Below are positions 12,446-25,265 of a DNA stretch of 64,000 nt, in pieces. Source of the DNA: Pseudovirgaria hyperparasitica (lineage: Eukaryota). Positions within the stretch are counted from its first letter, which is position 1. Every line of letters starts with the position of its first letter. The stretch is taken from assembly GCA_010093815.1 (NCBI GenBank), contig ML996579.1; one strand, 5' to 3'. A program made the translations under genes and the position numbers. Under the pieces are notes generated by a model, which did no database searches, was not told the origin of the DNA, and worked only from the letters and a program-made list of their open reading frames with translations.

Positions 12446-15400
12446 ATGAAGTACCCACCAGGTGGGCGAACTCAACGTCACACCCTAGAATCAGAGCTCC
12501 CGCGTTACCTGCACTACAAATGCCGTTCACGAAGTACATATCCCTCGGCCCCAACTCATAACTCTCAAGAGTGTGAATATGAGGACGGGTATGACCGGCG
12601 ACCAAGTTTGCGAAGAAGCTCCAAAGTCTCAGCGGGGCGCCCACAGAACAACTACCGTCGCAGATCAGACCCTCTCTCGGCCCACGAACAACAACAAGAA
12701 AGCAGGTACATGACTACGGACAGCATACTGCTTCAACAAGCTTGTGAAAATATTCAAAGGCCTGCCTCAGAGATTGTGAAATTCCAGACATTCGCCGAGA
12801 AACAAGTGGACGATAGTGCGCGGCAGGCGGGTGACTTCGACGAGGTGAGTTCTCAAGCCATGAACACTCCCCGTACGACCGATCATGAGAGGAAGTAAAT
12901 GCTGATGTGTTAATGCAGAGCTCAGGAAATAAACAAGTTCGGCATAACACAGCTGCTCGCCGTGGCTCAGATTCTCGAGATCGTCGTCTTGCGGGAAACG
13001 GACGGTGTGTAAGAGGCCTTTGTGAGGATTCAAGGAGGATGCTGATAGATGACATAGCGACTCCGATACAAGATACGAGATTTCACAAGGTGCATGTGTC
13101 TCTAAGTCAGTCTTACTGCGACACAATTGGACTCGGTCACTGATTCATATGACAGAACGCCAAAAGATGGTCTCTTCCACTCGCATCTCAAATCTCCTCC
13201 TCAATACATCCAGGTAGCTCCGACCACCAACATGAAAAGGCAGAAGGTGCGTGAAATCCATTTGGAATTAGGCGTGAGCTAATAGACCCAGCCTGGCGGA
13301 GCTGGAAAAGTTCATCCTCGCAATGATCTAAACCGCCAATATGACCGTCACACCCTTGATACCCACAGTTCGAGAGGAAATAATGTTACAAGACTTTCTC
13401 GCTTCCCCAATCAAGATCAGGACAACATGGTCCAGCCAAACACGGGGAGACCCAGGATGGAAGACAATGATGATGGCGAGTTAGATCTACTCAAAGTCAG
13501 GACAAGGATGAGAACAGAATGGTCGTCTGAGCCAATGGACGAGTTCAGAGGGTCTAGGTCAAGGAAGCGATCGCAGGGTGAAGGGCAACTGTCGCCATTC
13601 TTCACAAGTCCAAGAGTACAACGCAAGTCACTACTTCAAGGTACCGGGCATCAAACGGAATATCGCGCAGTAGAGAACCGTATGAGAGTTTCGAAATCTT
13701 ACTTGCAAAAGGGCTATGATTCGCGGGCACGGCTTCTGTCAACGTCACCACACGCACGTGGAATTACACCCGAGGACCCCCAAAGACCAGAAATAAACGC
13801 AACCGGGCTGAAAGACTTGAATTCATTGAAGAGAAATAGCCCGCATGTAACAGACAAGCTTATTGCGGTGCTGCTCACCAGTGAATATGAGAATATCACG
13901 TCAAAGAAAAGAGTTCAGAACGGGCATGAATCTGTTGCAAGCACGATGGCGAGATTAGACTCCCTTTGTTCGAGTCCAACACCTCAGTCGAACCTTCTGT
14001 CGGTATCACAACAGGATCCTAATATTAACAAGAAAAGATCTGTCCAAGAGAATGACACAGAGCCACAAGCCAAAAGACGCAAAGCCGATCATTCAACAGA
14101 GGAAGAGGACGATGAGCAGGATGAGCTCCAGATGGATAATCGGAAATTCGACGACCCAACGACGAAGACGAACCGTCGAGCGATTCATCTCTCACGTGAC
14201 GAGATATCTGATATGGTTCAAAGTAACGAATCAATCAGAGTGCCTCTTATCCCTCCCAATTCGCTAGTAAAGACAAGTTCTAAACAACTCGAATATCATC
14301 CACCAACTCGAGATAGCAATGAGCATCTTACAGATCACGCGAGCCGGACACAGCCCAGCAGTGACACGTCATGGCCCTTGTCGTATTATATGACAAGCGA
14401 GATGCGTGAACCCATCACAAATGAAAATTGCGGGCTCATGATCGGACTGGACGGGCAAGAAGAATCTATCATTATCTCGATCGATAAGGAGAATGGGTCG
14501 AATTATGAAATTGGATCAATATCATTTCGTGAACTAAGATTACTCTCATTGTCGACTGGTGAGGACTGCAATATCAAACTGCACCTTCTGAATGGTAAAG
14601 ATCTCAGGAAGCGTTGGTGTAATCTCACCTTCTTGAAGGCCTCAGAGTGTGAAACATTCTCCTCATATTTCAAATTACAACCTGGCGTCAAAATGAAGCA
14701 AACGTGAGCTCATCTTTATATCATACGCAATCCTACCGCATGTTGCTGATCCCTCCCTTGTAGAAAATCTCTCAATATCGAGAGAGGAAAGGACGAAGAA
14801 GAAGGCCGTGTTGGAGTACACCGAAAACAACCATCTGAACTAGAGGGTACTCGAGAAACTTCCAGTCACAAAGCTACACGCAAAGGAGGAGCTATTCACC
14901 AAGGAATGACAAGGACACTATGTACTACGTCACAGATGCGGAACGAAAAAGTAGATGGCCATGATAATAGCTCTCACAATAGGAAGTCGAACAAGTGTAA
15001 CGCGCCAGAAAGCATCCAGGATAAGGTACCGGCTTCGCTAAGAGCGACTCGATCAAGCAATCGTGTCAACAAGCGACCGCCTGTGTCGTATGAAGAGAAG
15101 TCGCCCTCACTCAAGAAATTCTCGAAGAAGCACGGGCTAGGAACGCCATGGGACCAGTATGCCTATCCCATACGAAAATCAGCTCAATCTTACTAATAAT
15201 TTGTAGCCCTGCCTACTTTCCACCGACCGGTCGTCCGCAGGCGTCTGTTCGGTTTGACGACCTCCCGAAGCTTGATGAAGGTGAATGCCTTAACGATAGC
15301 CTGATTGAATTTTACATGACGTACTGCCATGAGGAAGCCAAAAGGGAAAAACGTGTGCTTCCGGATTCCGTCTATATCTTCAACAGCTTCTTCTACACTT

Positions 15401-17225
15401 CTTTGACTCAAACGAGGAACTCTAAAGACAAAATCAATTACGACGCCGTTGCCCGCTGGACTCGGAAAGTCGATCTTTTTACGTATGAATACGTTGTGAT
15501 CCCCATTAATGAGGAGTGAGTAACTATTCTTCTCGTGTCGCAAGACTGCTAACAAGAGCAGCTATCATTGGTATCTAGCGATTATATGCAACCTTCCGAA
15601 GATGAGCCGTAATCTGAACGAGGCTACAAAAGAACCGAGTCCTGCTGATGCGAAGACACCTGAGATGATGAATGAGTTGAAGGACAGAACTTCGAATATG
15701 CATCTGGATGATGATGTAGACAATACTACGGAAGATGCTGGCGAAGACCAAGGGGAATGGCCGGACCCCGAAGAGAACATACCGGCATACGTAACGTCCC
15801 CATTCAAGGGACTTGTATCAGAAGTAGCCGAAGGGCAAGCACGGAGCATACCAAGAGGCGTCTCTATCGGAGGCCTGGCAACATCAACTACCAAAAGGAA
15901 GTCTGTCAAGACTAAGAGAGGCCGTATAAAGTGTCTCTCTGAATCCGACGCAGCTGAGTTAGTTAGTTTCTCGCGGACCATTTTTGAAACTAACAAGCAA
16001 TAGACCTGTCATCTTGACACTAGACTCACTGGGCTCGGCTCATCCAGACACTGTCATGAAACTCAAAGAGTATATCGCCCAAGAGGGAAAGACAAAACGG
16101 TCTATGGTCTCGAAGATACACAGATCTACGTCGGGCACAGCAGAAGCGATCCCCATGCAACGGAACTTTGTCGATTGCGGCATTTATGCCCTGGAATATT
16201 TCAAAAAGTTCATTAACGACCCGAAGGAGTTCACACGGAAATTACTTATGGGCCGCATGGACGCTCAAGAAGATTGGCCTGAGCTAGATTCTTCTTTGTT
16301 GCGAAGAGAGTTGAGAGAACTGTGCCAAAAACTCTATAAAGAACAAGAGGAGGTCAGGGCAGAACAAAGACGCCTTAAACTTGGAGCAAGGTCGAAGGTC
16401 GCTGGTCATTCGAAGAAGCCGGAACAGGCAGTGTCGTCCACCAGGGACAAAGACGTATCGCCGGTAGCAGTTGAGAATACACTTGACGATGATGGCACAG
16501 CGCACAAATACCCCAGCGGAACCGCGGAAGCCGTTACTAAGCAGACTGTTGCTGATCGTATTGGGACGCGGCAGAGTGCTTCTCCATGCACGCCGCTACT
16601 CCTCGCCAATGAATCGGGATCAGCTGCATCAGTTGAGCGTTCAGACCCGCAAGATGACGAGGATATCTCAAAACCCAACCTTTTAGTCGCTCCTGATGCA
16701 CTTCAAGGCATCCCGGAAGCTTCCGAGGCACTAAACGAGAAGCAGCCCGAGAAGTCTTCCTTTACGCACAAGCCATCGGATGTGCTTGATAAAGCATCCC
16801 CTGAGGTTGCAGCATTGGATGCGGCGAGTCTAACAGAGGGGAAGACATCGGGCTTTGGATCTATCGATCCAGTCTTCGTCAACTCACAAGATAGTGGTAC
16901 TCTCTTCGATGATGATAATAAGAAGGATGAATTTCACGTTCGTCATCATCATTCGTCTCCAGCTGCGGCAATAGACGAGACTCCAACCCCTGAGCGACAG
17001 CTCGGTTCTGATCACCCCGAACTCGAGAACAGGACAATCTTCGAGGATCTGAACAGATTGTCAGCCGCTACAGATACCCCAAAACCTCAACCTGCAAAGG
17101 TACGTTTAAAATCAAACAGCCCTACTGCAATTAGAACACCACGGCCATCGGGCAGGAAGAGACGCGGGGGCATGCCCCCGAAGCAGGTGCCTGGACCGGA
17201 TGATAGCATCATTGAGATTGACTAG
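12446..17225 (+). CDS. Ulp1-family (C48) SUMO protease, Ulp2-like; multi-exon, 5' exons uncertain
   Basis: CLNDSLIEFYM, FNSFFY, VARWTRKVDLF, HWYLAIICNL, LDSLG and QRNFVDCGIY give the His/Asp/Cys triad. GT..AG introns with CTAA/CTGA branch sites link the ORFs at 12440, 13427, 14906, 15148, 15602 and 15984. Confidence 0.82.
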
Positions 17226-17712
17226 ATCGGGTTGAACTGTCTCGTCGGATCACGACTTCTTTTCAGATAATTCGGCTGGTGTCTGGCGTTCCATGGTTTT
17301 TGAACCTCGATTTCATTTTTCTGTCTTCTCAAATCTGCATTGCCAAGGGAGTGCGGTGCATACGGGTCATTGATAGGAGCAGATTCCGAACCCCCTGCGA
17401 AGCGATTGAACTAAAAGCATGGCGTCTTGATTTGCGTAGTCACCGTCATATGAACTGTAAAAAGTAGCGACTCTATATCTGGTGAATGGATGTAACTAGC
17501 TGGGGCAACAAAGGGTGAAATAAGCACACCAAAACCAAAAGCGTAAAATACATTCAAACAAATTCAGAAAGCTGACTCTAATATACTGGCGATGCGTCTT
17601 GACACGTGTCGTCTACAGAAATATGAAAATAGTCGAGACAGCCTCATGCCTTGTATACTCTTCACTCCCGTTTCTACACGCTCACACCGCCTCCAACGCC
17701 GCCCTGACACAC

Positions 17713-19641
17713 TCACTGAAACTCCTTGTCCACCTCCTCGAAATGATCCAAAAAACCCTGAAACATCTTCACACCCAACCCAGGATCCAGCGCTCCGGTC
17801 GTCGCTCTTATACTATGCATACTTAATTGCGGTAGCCCTGCGTCAATTGCTCGTATCCCAGTCGCCGCACTCAGCATCGGTCCCACCGTGCCACCACTGC
17901 GCGAATCGTTTCTGATCTGGAAGACCTGCAGCACACAGCCACACTTATCGGCGCAGCGCTGCAGAACCGCTGTCGACACGGCGTCTGTGGTCATATGTCC
18001 GTTCGAGTCCGCCGCAACCACAAGCCCGACGTTTAAGCGCGGTGCGTGATTTTCAAGGTACGCGCCGAGGAAGTTTGGGTTTACGGCGTGGGTGACGTCC
18101 GAGGAGACGATGAAGGAGTTTGCATAGGTGCGGGACAGAAGCGATACGGATGTGCCGTGGGTGGTGAAGGCGTCGACAATGCGGGACATGATGCTGGGGA
18201 GGAAGTTAGAATGGGCGCCTTGGCGCGAGAGGGAGCCGATTTCTTCGTTGTCGAAGAGGCCGACGATTTTGAGCAGAGAGGGGGAGGCGGAGGGAGGGGA
18301 TTGCAGGAGTGCTTGGATGGCGGCCCATGAGCAGAGTTTGTCGTCGATGCGTCCGGCAAAGATGAATTCTTTGTCGAGGCCGCCGAGAGTGGCTGGCTGG
18401 GTATCGAAGAGTTCGAGTTCCCAGTTGATGATGGAAGAGGCTGAGGCGATGGTTAGCATATCGGCTTTGTGTAAGGTAGAAGAAGGGGGCTCACGTTCGA
18501 CGCCGAGCTGCTTAGAGATGACCTTCATGAGACGGTGGGGCTGAGTAGAGGCGAAAGTCTTGAAGGCTTCACCCCCGAGGATTGGGCCTTCGCTCGAAAA
18601 TCTGTCGTCATCCTTGTGGAGTGAAACACCAAGGTCACTGTTGTCGATAGCAATAATGGGTACCATCTGCGTCTCTTTGTTGAACGGCCCCTGAGACGCT
18701 GCTCCAAAGTGTGGAGCGAGTGTCGGGATTCTCGCGACTGAAACATTTAGCTGTGCTGGTGTGATATAAGCCCAGATAGCACGTACCTGGATAGTCAAGC
18801 TTTACCAGCCTGGAAACTATCTTGCCAGAAGCCTCCTTGACCAGTACGCGACCACCGATCCCGAGGTCACGGTCCCACCATGTATCGCCGAGACCGCCAG
18901 CGTATTGGGCAACTCCGAGCTGTACATAGCCTGCCTTGTTGCTCAATTTCGAGATTGGTTTCACTAATCAGTATCAGTGCTGTATCGCAGAAAGGGTTTC
19001 GAGCGGTTACATTTGGCAGTCAGTGCATCAATGTGCCCAGCAAGAATCGCGGCACCGTTCCCAGCTTCGTATTTGTCACCAACGACAAAAGCGACCAGAC
19101 TGCTGCCATTGCGCTCGACAAAGTACCTTCCACCTCTTTCGAGCTTCCACGCATCCCGTTCCGAAAGCTTCTTGTAGCCCTGAGACTCCAAGTCTTTCCC
19201 CACGGCAGTAACAGCATGGAAGACTGTAGGGTTGTCTGACAAAAACTCGCAGAAAGGTTTGGCGTAGTTAATGGGGTCTAGTTGTTTGCGCGTCTGTGCT
19301 GAATGGGTCGAGCACGATTCGACATGCTGTGTTGTCGGTTCTGAATACCCGACGCCCTGTTGACCCGTTTCAATATGACCCCGGCTCTTGGAGACCTTCA
19401 CGGCTGCTTCTTGGTTTTCAACAGTCTGCTCCTTCACAGTTGCGTCATGAGCGAGCGCCAGTTTGCGCACGGAGGCATTGGTAGTGGCATGCATCTGCGC
19501 AGGGCGTTCGAAGGGCAGATTGAGCGCCATAGTCCTGGGAGCCTGGAGACCTGTTGCTTGCACTGGTGAACGTTCATGTTGTTCGCCATAGCGCTGTGAG
19601 ATGCCGATAGTAGAGGCTGCTTTGCGGACGTTTCGAGTCAT
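17713..19641 (-). CDS. M18-family (aspartyl / vacuolar Ape1-Lap4-like) aminopeptidase, 2 introns
   Basis: NPTVFHAV, RNGSSLVAF, GHIDAL, WWDRDLG, GRIDDKLC, FDNEEIGS, SDVTHAVNPN and QLSMHSIR. Confidence 0.93.
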
Positions 19642-19978
19642 CTCGAGGTGGCTATTATCAAGGAGATGAGGGAACACAGGTGACGTCTCGTTCACTTGAT
19701 GTACATGCCGAGCGAGCTACAGAACCCATCCCGACATGACTACAGTATGCATGGTCGCGATGATCATCGGCATATCTTCAGCCTCAGGTGTCGATCACGT
19801 GGAGGAGTCAAGAAACCCACGTCCAAGACTCACTTGATATGCATGCAATGCGCTGCTGCGCATCCTCATAATCAACGTCACTCCCAACAAAACGCGTGCC
19901 ATTTACGCAGATTGGCTCCGCTCTATCTGGATCGTATCCCTTTCCACGGTCGAAAACTTGGTGACCTCGTCCTTCGCC

Positions 19979-20482
19979 ATGGCTTCCCCCTCGGGACGCA
20001 ACCTCTCAGACTCCTCCTATACGTTGCCGTCCGACAGCGAGAACTACGAGGCCAACAATGAGCTTCTACCCTCGCCCCCATCCTCCTCCAGCTCTCCTCT
20101 GATCCTGTACTCTCCGCCTACGGTGTGGGGCCTGGTACGCGGGGCTGCAATCAACCTGATACTTCCATTTGTGAATGGCTTGATGCTTGGGTTTGGGGAG
20201 CTCTTTGCTCACGAGTTGGCATTCAGGCTGGGATGGTCGGGTACAAAGGTAGGGGAGGCGCGTGGTCTCGAGGTCCAATTTGTCGTTCCTCGGGCTATTT
20301 TCCTTTCCCTGGGTCTCGCCGCATTCTCCTGTCACGATGCTAACTTTGGGCACAACTAGATATTTCCCACACACCGAGTCGCGTCGAGAAGTGTTGGTCC
20401 GGGTGTTGAGATGGTAGATGACCCTATTGAACGACGACGAAGAAATGGGCGGGAGATGGAGGCGTACACGAGTCTGGAGTAG
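19979..20482 (+). CDS. MIM1: Mitochondrial outer-membrane import protein Mim1/Tom13; 1 intron (20249-20359)
   Basis: Signature AAINLILPFVNGLMLGFGELFAHEL. Exon 2 reads IFPTHR...YTSLE*. Confidence 0.92.
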
Positions 20483-20945
20483 TAGCTTTTGAAAGTGACA
20501 AGACGCTTCTGCAAATGTCACGGGAGTGAATATAGGCACTGGCTTCGGGAATACATATGCGTGCTTTGGTCGCCTGTAAATACATGGATTGATCGGTGAC
20601 GGCTGTACAGCAGACGTCGCGTTTGAAAGGAACAATAAGAGGAAGCATCTCTAGACCCGCAAACCTCCACCACACTATTTAGCTCCCAAATTTGGACATG
20701 GACTTGATCCTCGTTGCACGATCTAGGTATAATTGATATGATGAGCGAAAGCTATGCAAGCAAAAAGCCCGCATTAACGTGAACATGTTGGTTGCGGCAA
20801 GCAGCACGAGGATCGATTCAGTTGATACATGATGCAAGCTCGGACCACCTCTCGACTGAATTTACTACCTACATCGACCTCCGCTTGACACCACCAAGCT
20901 TTCTCCTCCGCCTCTGTTGCTACATACGCGAGACGCGACATGACA

Positions 20946-22571
20946 ATGCTTCCAAGCAGAGGGTTAAGACCCGTGTTGACACACGCGCGATTGCAATTGA
21001 GATCTTCCGTGATACGTCAAAAAAAGGTACGTTCCGCACTGCACCAAGCCGAACTCGTCGTCGAACCTTTGGCGACCATCTGACTTGTAACTTGACTTTT
21101 ACTGATGGCCACTGTTGTAGTTTTCAACCTCTCCCTCAATATCTTCTCCCGTCCCGCGATGGCGCTCCCCGCAATCCTTTTCACGAATCTACGCGCAGAC
21201 GAGACCTAGCCTGGCCTGCTCTTCGGTCACAGCATCGCTACATGCACCGCGCTTCTACTCGTCCGAAGCACCACTGGACCCTTCCACGACCGCATCTGCA
21301 AATACTGCCGCAACGGGCGCTCCGACCTCGATTCCGTACGACTCGGCGCTGCCTCAATATGAAGAGCTTAAGAATCTGGACTTTGCATTCGGTGCCAACG
21401 AGCAGAACATGGGCTACTTGAAGGACTTGGGCCTGGACTTTGGGTGGGGACCGACGTCGGTGATGCAGTATCTGCTTGAGGTGTGCCACACCGGCATGAA
21501 CGGTCTGATGCCGATGCCATCATGGTGGGTGGCCATTGCCATGGTCGCAGTGATTGTGCGCGTGGGCATAACACCGCTGTACAAGTCGACGGTAAACCAG
21601 GCGGCGCGAATGAGGGCGCTAGTTCCGGTCACGGCGCCCCTCCGGGAAGAGATGCAAGCAGCGTCCAACGCAGGCGAAATGGCGAGATACAGGCAGCTCG
21701 CTGCGCAGCTTAGCGACGTCTACAAACGTTCCGGGGCGCTGCCCAGTCCCGCCTCGTTCCTGCCAGTATTCATCCAGGGCGTCTGTGGCTATGGCATGTG
21801 GAAGCTGCTGCGCAACATGGCCCAGCTGCCCGTGCCGAGCATGCTTGACGGCGGCTTCGGATGGATCTCCAACCTGGCCGTCGCCGACCCGTACTTTATC
21901 CTCCCCATCGCAACATCCCTGATCATGCACGTGTCCGCAAAGGTGAGTCGCCCTGGATTCCACACACTCTCTGCCTTTGCAATCTGACAGCAGCCACACA
22001 GCGCGGCAACGACAGCGGCCAGCCCCCGCCCGAGGGCTGGCAACGGAACCTCATGCTCTACTGGCTGCCCGGCCTCTCCGCCGTCATCACCTCCTTTCTC
22101 CCCGCCGGCGCCCAGCTGTACTTTGCCATCAACACGATCCTGATGCGCGTGCAGGGCGAACTGCTCCGCTTCAACGGCTTCCGCAGAATGCTTGGCGTCG
22201 AACCCTTGTACGACCTCCCGCCGCCCCCTGCGTCGTCATCATCATCATCGCCCAAACCCTCAGATAGCACTGCCGGCAGCATGAGATACCAGAAACCAAA
22301 CCGCACAATCGACACCAAGCTCACAACCACCAAGCTCGGCAAGACCGCCGCCCCCGTCCAAAAGGACGAGCCGGAGGCGAAGAAGTGGTATAAGCCCTGG
22401 ACGTACGATAATTTTCAGAGCAGCAGGGCGTCTTCGGCCGCGGCGGACGGCGAGGATGCTGAGGAGAGGTATCGGGCGCGAGCGCGGGCGTATGAGACGC
22501 AGCGGCAGGCGGATGTTAAGGCGAGGAAGGAGGAGGCGAGGGCGGAGAGGGAGAGGAGGTTGAGGGGGTAG
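20946..22571 (+). CDS. OXA1: Mitochondrial inner-membrane insertase Oxa1 (YidC/Oxa1 family), 2 introns
   Basis: Basic presequence MLPSRGLR, then GYLKDLGLDFGWGPTS, WWVAIA..IVR, GGFGWISNLAVADPYFILP and PAGAQLYF, with a basic C-terminal tail. Confidence 0.9.
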
Positions 22572-22727
22572 ATGGGGGTGGGATGTGTCTTTTGAGAGAC
22601 TTGGGGAGGGGGGAGATGGGGGGTGGATGTATCTTTTGAGAGACTTGGGGAGGGGGGTTGTGTAATTGTGTGTGTATGTATGTATGTATATATTGAAAGA
22701 GGTTGCGCTGTGCTGTCATGTAAACTC

Positions 22728-22730
<3 letters not shown>

Positions 22731-22786
<56 letters not shown>
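22731..22786. repeat. (GT)28 microsatellite
   Basis: Perfect dinucleotide run read directly from the sequence. Confidence 0.97.
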
Positions 22787-22788
<2 letters not shown>

Positions 22789-22805
22789 CGTACCGTATCG
22801 TATCG

Positions 22806-22983
22806 CATCTAGCATCCAGCATCCAGCATCTATCATCCAATCTAACATCTAGCATCTAATCTAGCATCTAATCTAGCATCTAATCTAGCATCTAATCTAG
22901 CATCTAGCATCTAATCTAGCATTTAATCCAGCATCTAATCCAGCATCGAATCCAGCATCTAATCCAGCATCTAATCTAGCATC
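22806..22983. repeat. Minisatellite of 12-bp ATCTAATCTAGC units mixed with 7-bp ATC(T/C)AGC units
   Basis: About ten tandem 12-mers with variants are visible directly. Confidence 0.92.
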
Positions 22984-23119
22984 AAGTCCCATCATACACC
23001 ACCAAACAGGCAAACACATTCAAGAAAGCCCATCCATGCACACACCTCTCCCTCTCCCCCTCCCTACCCCCCTCTACAAAATCCCCCAACCAACCCAACC
23101 CAACCCTCCAAACAAACAA

Positions 23120-24755
23120 TCACACATCACCCCACCGCCCATCAACCCCACAATCCCCATCCCCATCCCTCTCACCCACACCAACCCCAACACCCCTCTG
23201 CACCCGCAACCTCCCATCCCCATGCTCATACATGCCCAACTCCAACACATCCCCGCGCGGATCCCACGTGCGTCTGATATCCATCTCCATCTCCCTTGCC
23301 CTCCCCCTGTCCCTCCCTCCAGTCCCCTGACCACTACCAGTATACGCAGCACGCCCCGCACCCCAATCCCCAACATCAACAAAATCAAGACTAAGCACGG
23401 CATTTTCGACGCCTGCGTAGAGGGATAGCGGGGATGATAAGGATGAGGACGAGGAAGGGGAGGAAAAGGAGGACGAGGAGGAAAAGGATGAGGGCAGACA
23501 GAGGGCGTAGACGGGAGAGTCGCGTGTGCGGCGGTGGCGGGGGGTGCGGTTTGTTGTGCGGTGTGTGTTTGTGCGGTGTGTGTTTGGGGAGTATGTGGTG
23601 GTGGTGGTGGTGTTGTTGTTGTTCCGGGGATTGGCGAAGAGGGTGTATGGTTTACTTCCAAACTCACTCCCACTTGCATACCCACTGCTAGACCCACCCG
23701 CAGAAGCAGAAGCAGACCCAGCATCCCCATCCCCATCCCCGCCAGACCCAGAAGCACCCGCAGAAGCAGCAGCAGAGAGATAAGAATACGCCCGCCCGCC
23801 CGACACCCGTAGATCGAAAAACCTAAGCATGGAGTGGCGCGCACAGCCCGCGACGAGGCGAGGGCGTAGACGGGGGAGGAGTCGTGCGGGTCGGTGTAGG
23901 TTGATACGTGTTGGTGTGGGGAGCGGGTGTCGTGGAGGCTGTTTTTGGGGGGTTAGATGGTTGTTAAAAGGGGGGGAGGGGGGATGGGGGAACGAACCGA
24001 ACCACCCCATCATAGCACCCAGAAAGAAACACCTCACCAGCCACAGCATGCCCCGCAGCGCAGGACATACCAGGAAGCGGAATAACAGGATACACAGACG
24101 TTGCTTTACCTCTACTATAGAGCAGCACAGAGGAGGCATCATCCTCATCCCCGTCAGCATGAAAGGCATATTTGCGCAGGGGCACAGGGTGGAAACCAGT
24201 AGGCGTGACGGCGTAGATATGCAGGGGCTCCGTCGAGACACCGAGGCCGACGGCAACGCGGGTAGGCGAGAGGAAGGTTGACGACCAGATGCGGCGGTTG
24301 CGGGTGTTTGGCGGGAGGATGTCGAGGGTGTGGTTGGGGGGGATTGGGTGGGGTGTGCTGTTGTTGCTGCTGTTGCTGTTGTTGTTCGGAAGCGGGTACA
24401 GAGCGAGGCAGGAGTCGGATAGACCAGCGACGACAAGCTCGTTTGATATATCGGAGCTCCGGACATGACGGGCTCGGGTCTCGAAGAGTGCGTCCTGCCG
24501 GACTTGGATCCGGATCCGGGGTTCGCTGGGTGTCGTGCGCAGCAGGCTGAGATACCCCTGTGGTGTGCCGATGAGGATTCTGTCCTCGGCAGACACCTCC
24601 AACGACCTAACAACCTTCAACGTCGTAATGTCGTCTCTGCCCTCCTGACTTCCCTCCCGCCGCCACGTAAACCAATTCACTTTACGCCCGTACACGTCAA
24701 CCTCCCCTTCCTCTTCCTCTTCACCACCACCACAACCACCACAACCACCCCCCCC

Positions 24756-24799
<44 letters not shown>

Positions 24800-25265
24800 A
24801 CCCACAAACCCATCCACACAAGGCCGAAACCCCATCGTCTGTTCGCCCACCCTCCCCGTCACACCACCATCCACACCACCACCACCCCCCCCCAACCGGC
24901 CGAACATACCTAGCCACAAACGCCCGTCGGTCCCAACACCGCGACAAACCAGTCAGACAGCGCGCTGCTGCCTCGGCGTCGCACGGAGACAGCGGTTCGA
25001 CAGCAAGCGAGGGAAAGCGCGCCCGCAAAAAGACGCGCCACCCTTCTTCGCGGGCGAAGGTGTGGAGGGTGGAGCAGGTTTGGGATAGGCGGGCGAGGGC
25101 TTGGGCGGTGGGGAGGTGGGTGGTGATTTGGATGAGGAGTTCGGGGGGGAGGGAATGGAGGGAGGGGGGTGTGGGTGGTGCTGTGGGTGGTGCTGTGGGT
25201 GGTGCTGCTGTGGGATTGGGCTTTCTGGGGGGTGGTGGTGGTGGTTGGGGGTCTTTGGGTTGCAT
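23120..25265 (-). CDS. F-box protein with probable C-terminal beta-propeller/WD40-like region; frame uncertain across homopolymer tracts
   Basis: F-box LHSLPPELLIQITTHLPTAQALARLSQTC, followed by WDRRAFVAR, GRDDITTL, FLSGCYDGVVR, an intron near 23990, LRFFDLR and LYAGVENAVL. Confidence 0.75.
24758..24799. repeat. Poly-C tract of about 42 nt (poly-G on the coding strand)
   Basis: Homopolymer read directly; it lies inside the F-box gene. Confidence 0.95.

Noticed and set aside
20695..20755. ACTTGATC...GCGAAAG resembling the 3' half of a fungal TPP aptamer, or a box C motif
   Set aside because: There is no upstream CUGAGA, the loop spacing is wrong, the site is intergenic between non-thiamine genes, and I found no convincing snoRNA stem or guide.
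22806..22983. CRISPR-like or peptide-precursor repeat array
   Set aside because: The units are contiguous with no spacers, contain stop codons (TAA/TAG) and sit in a eukaryotic intergenic context.
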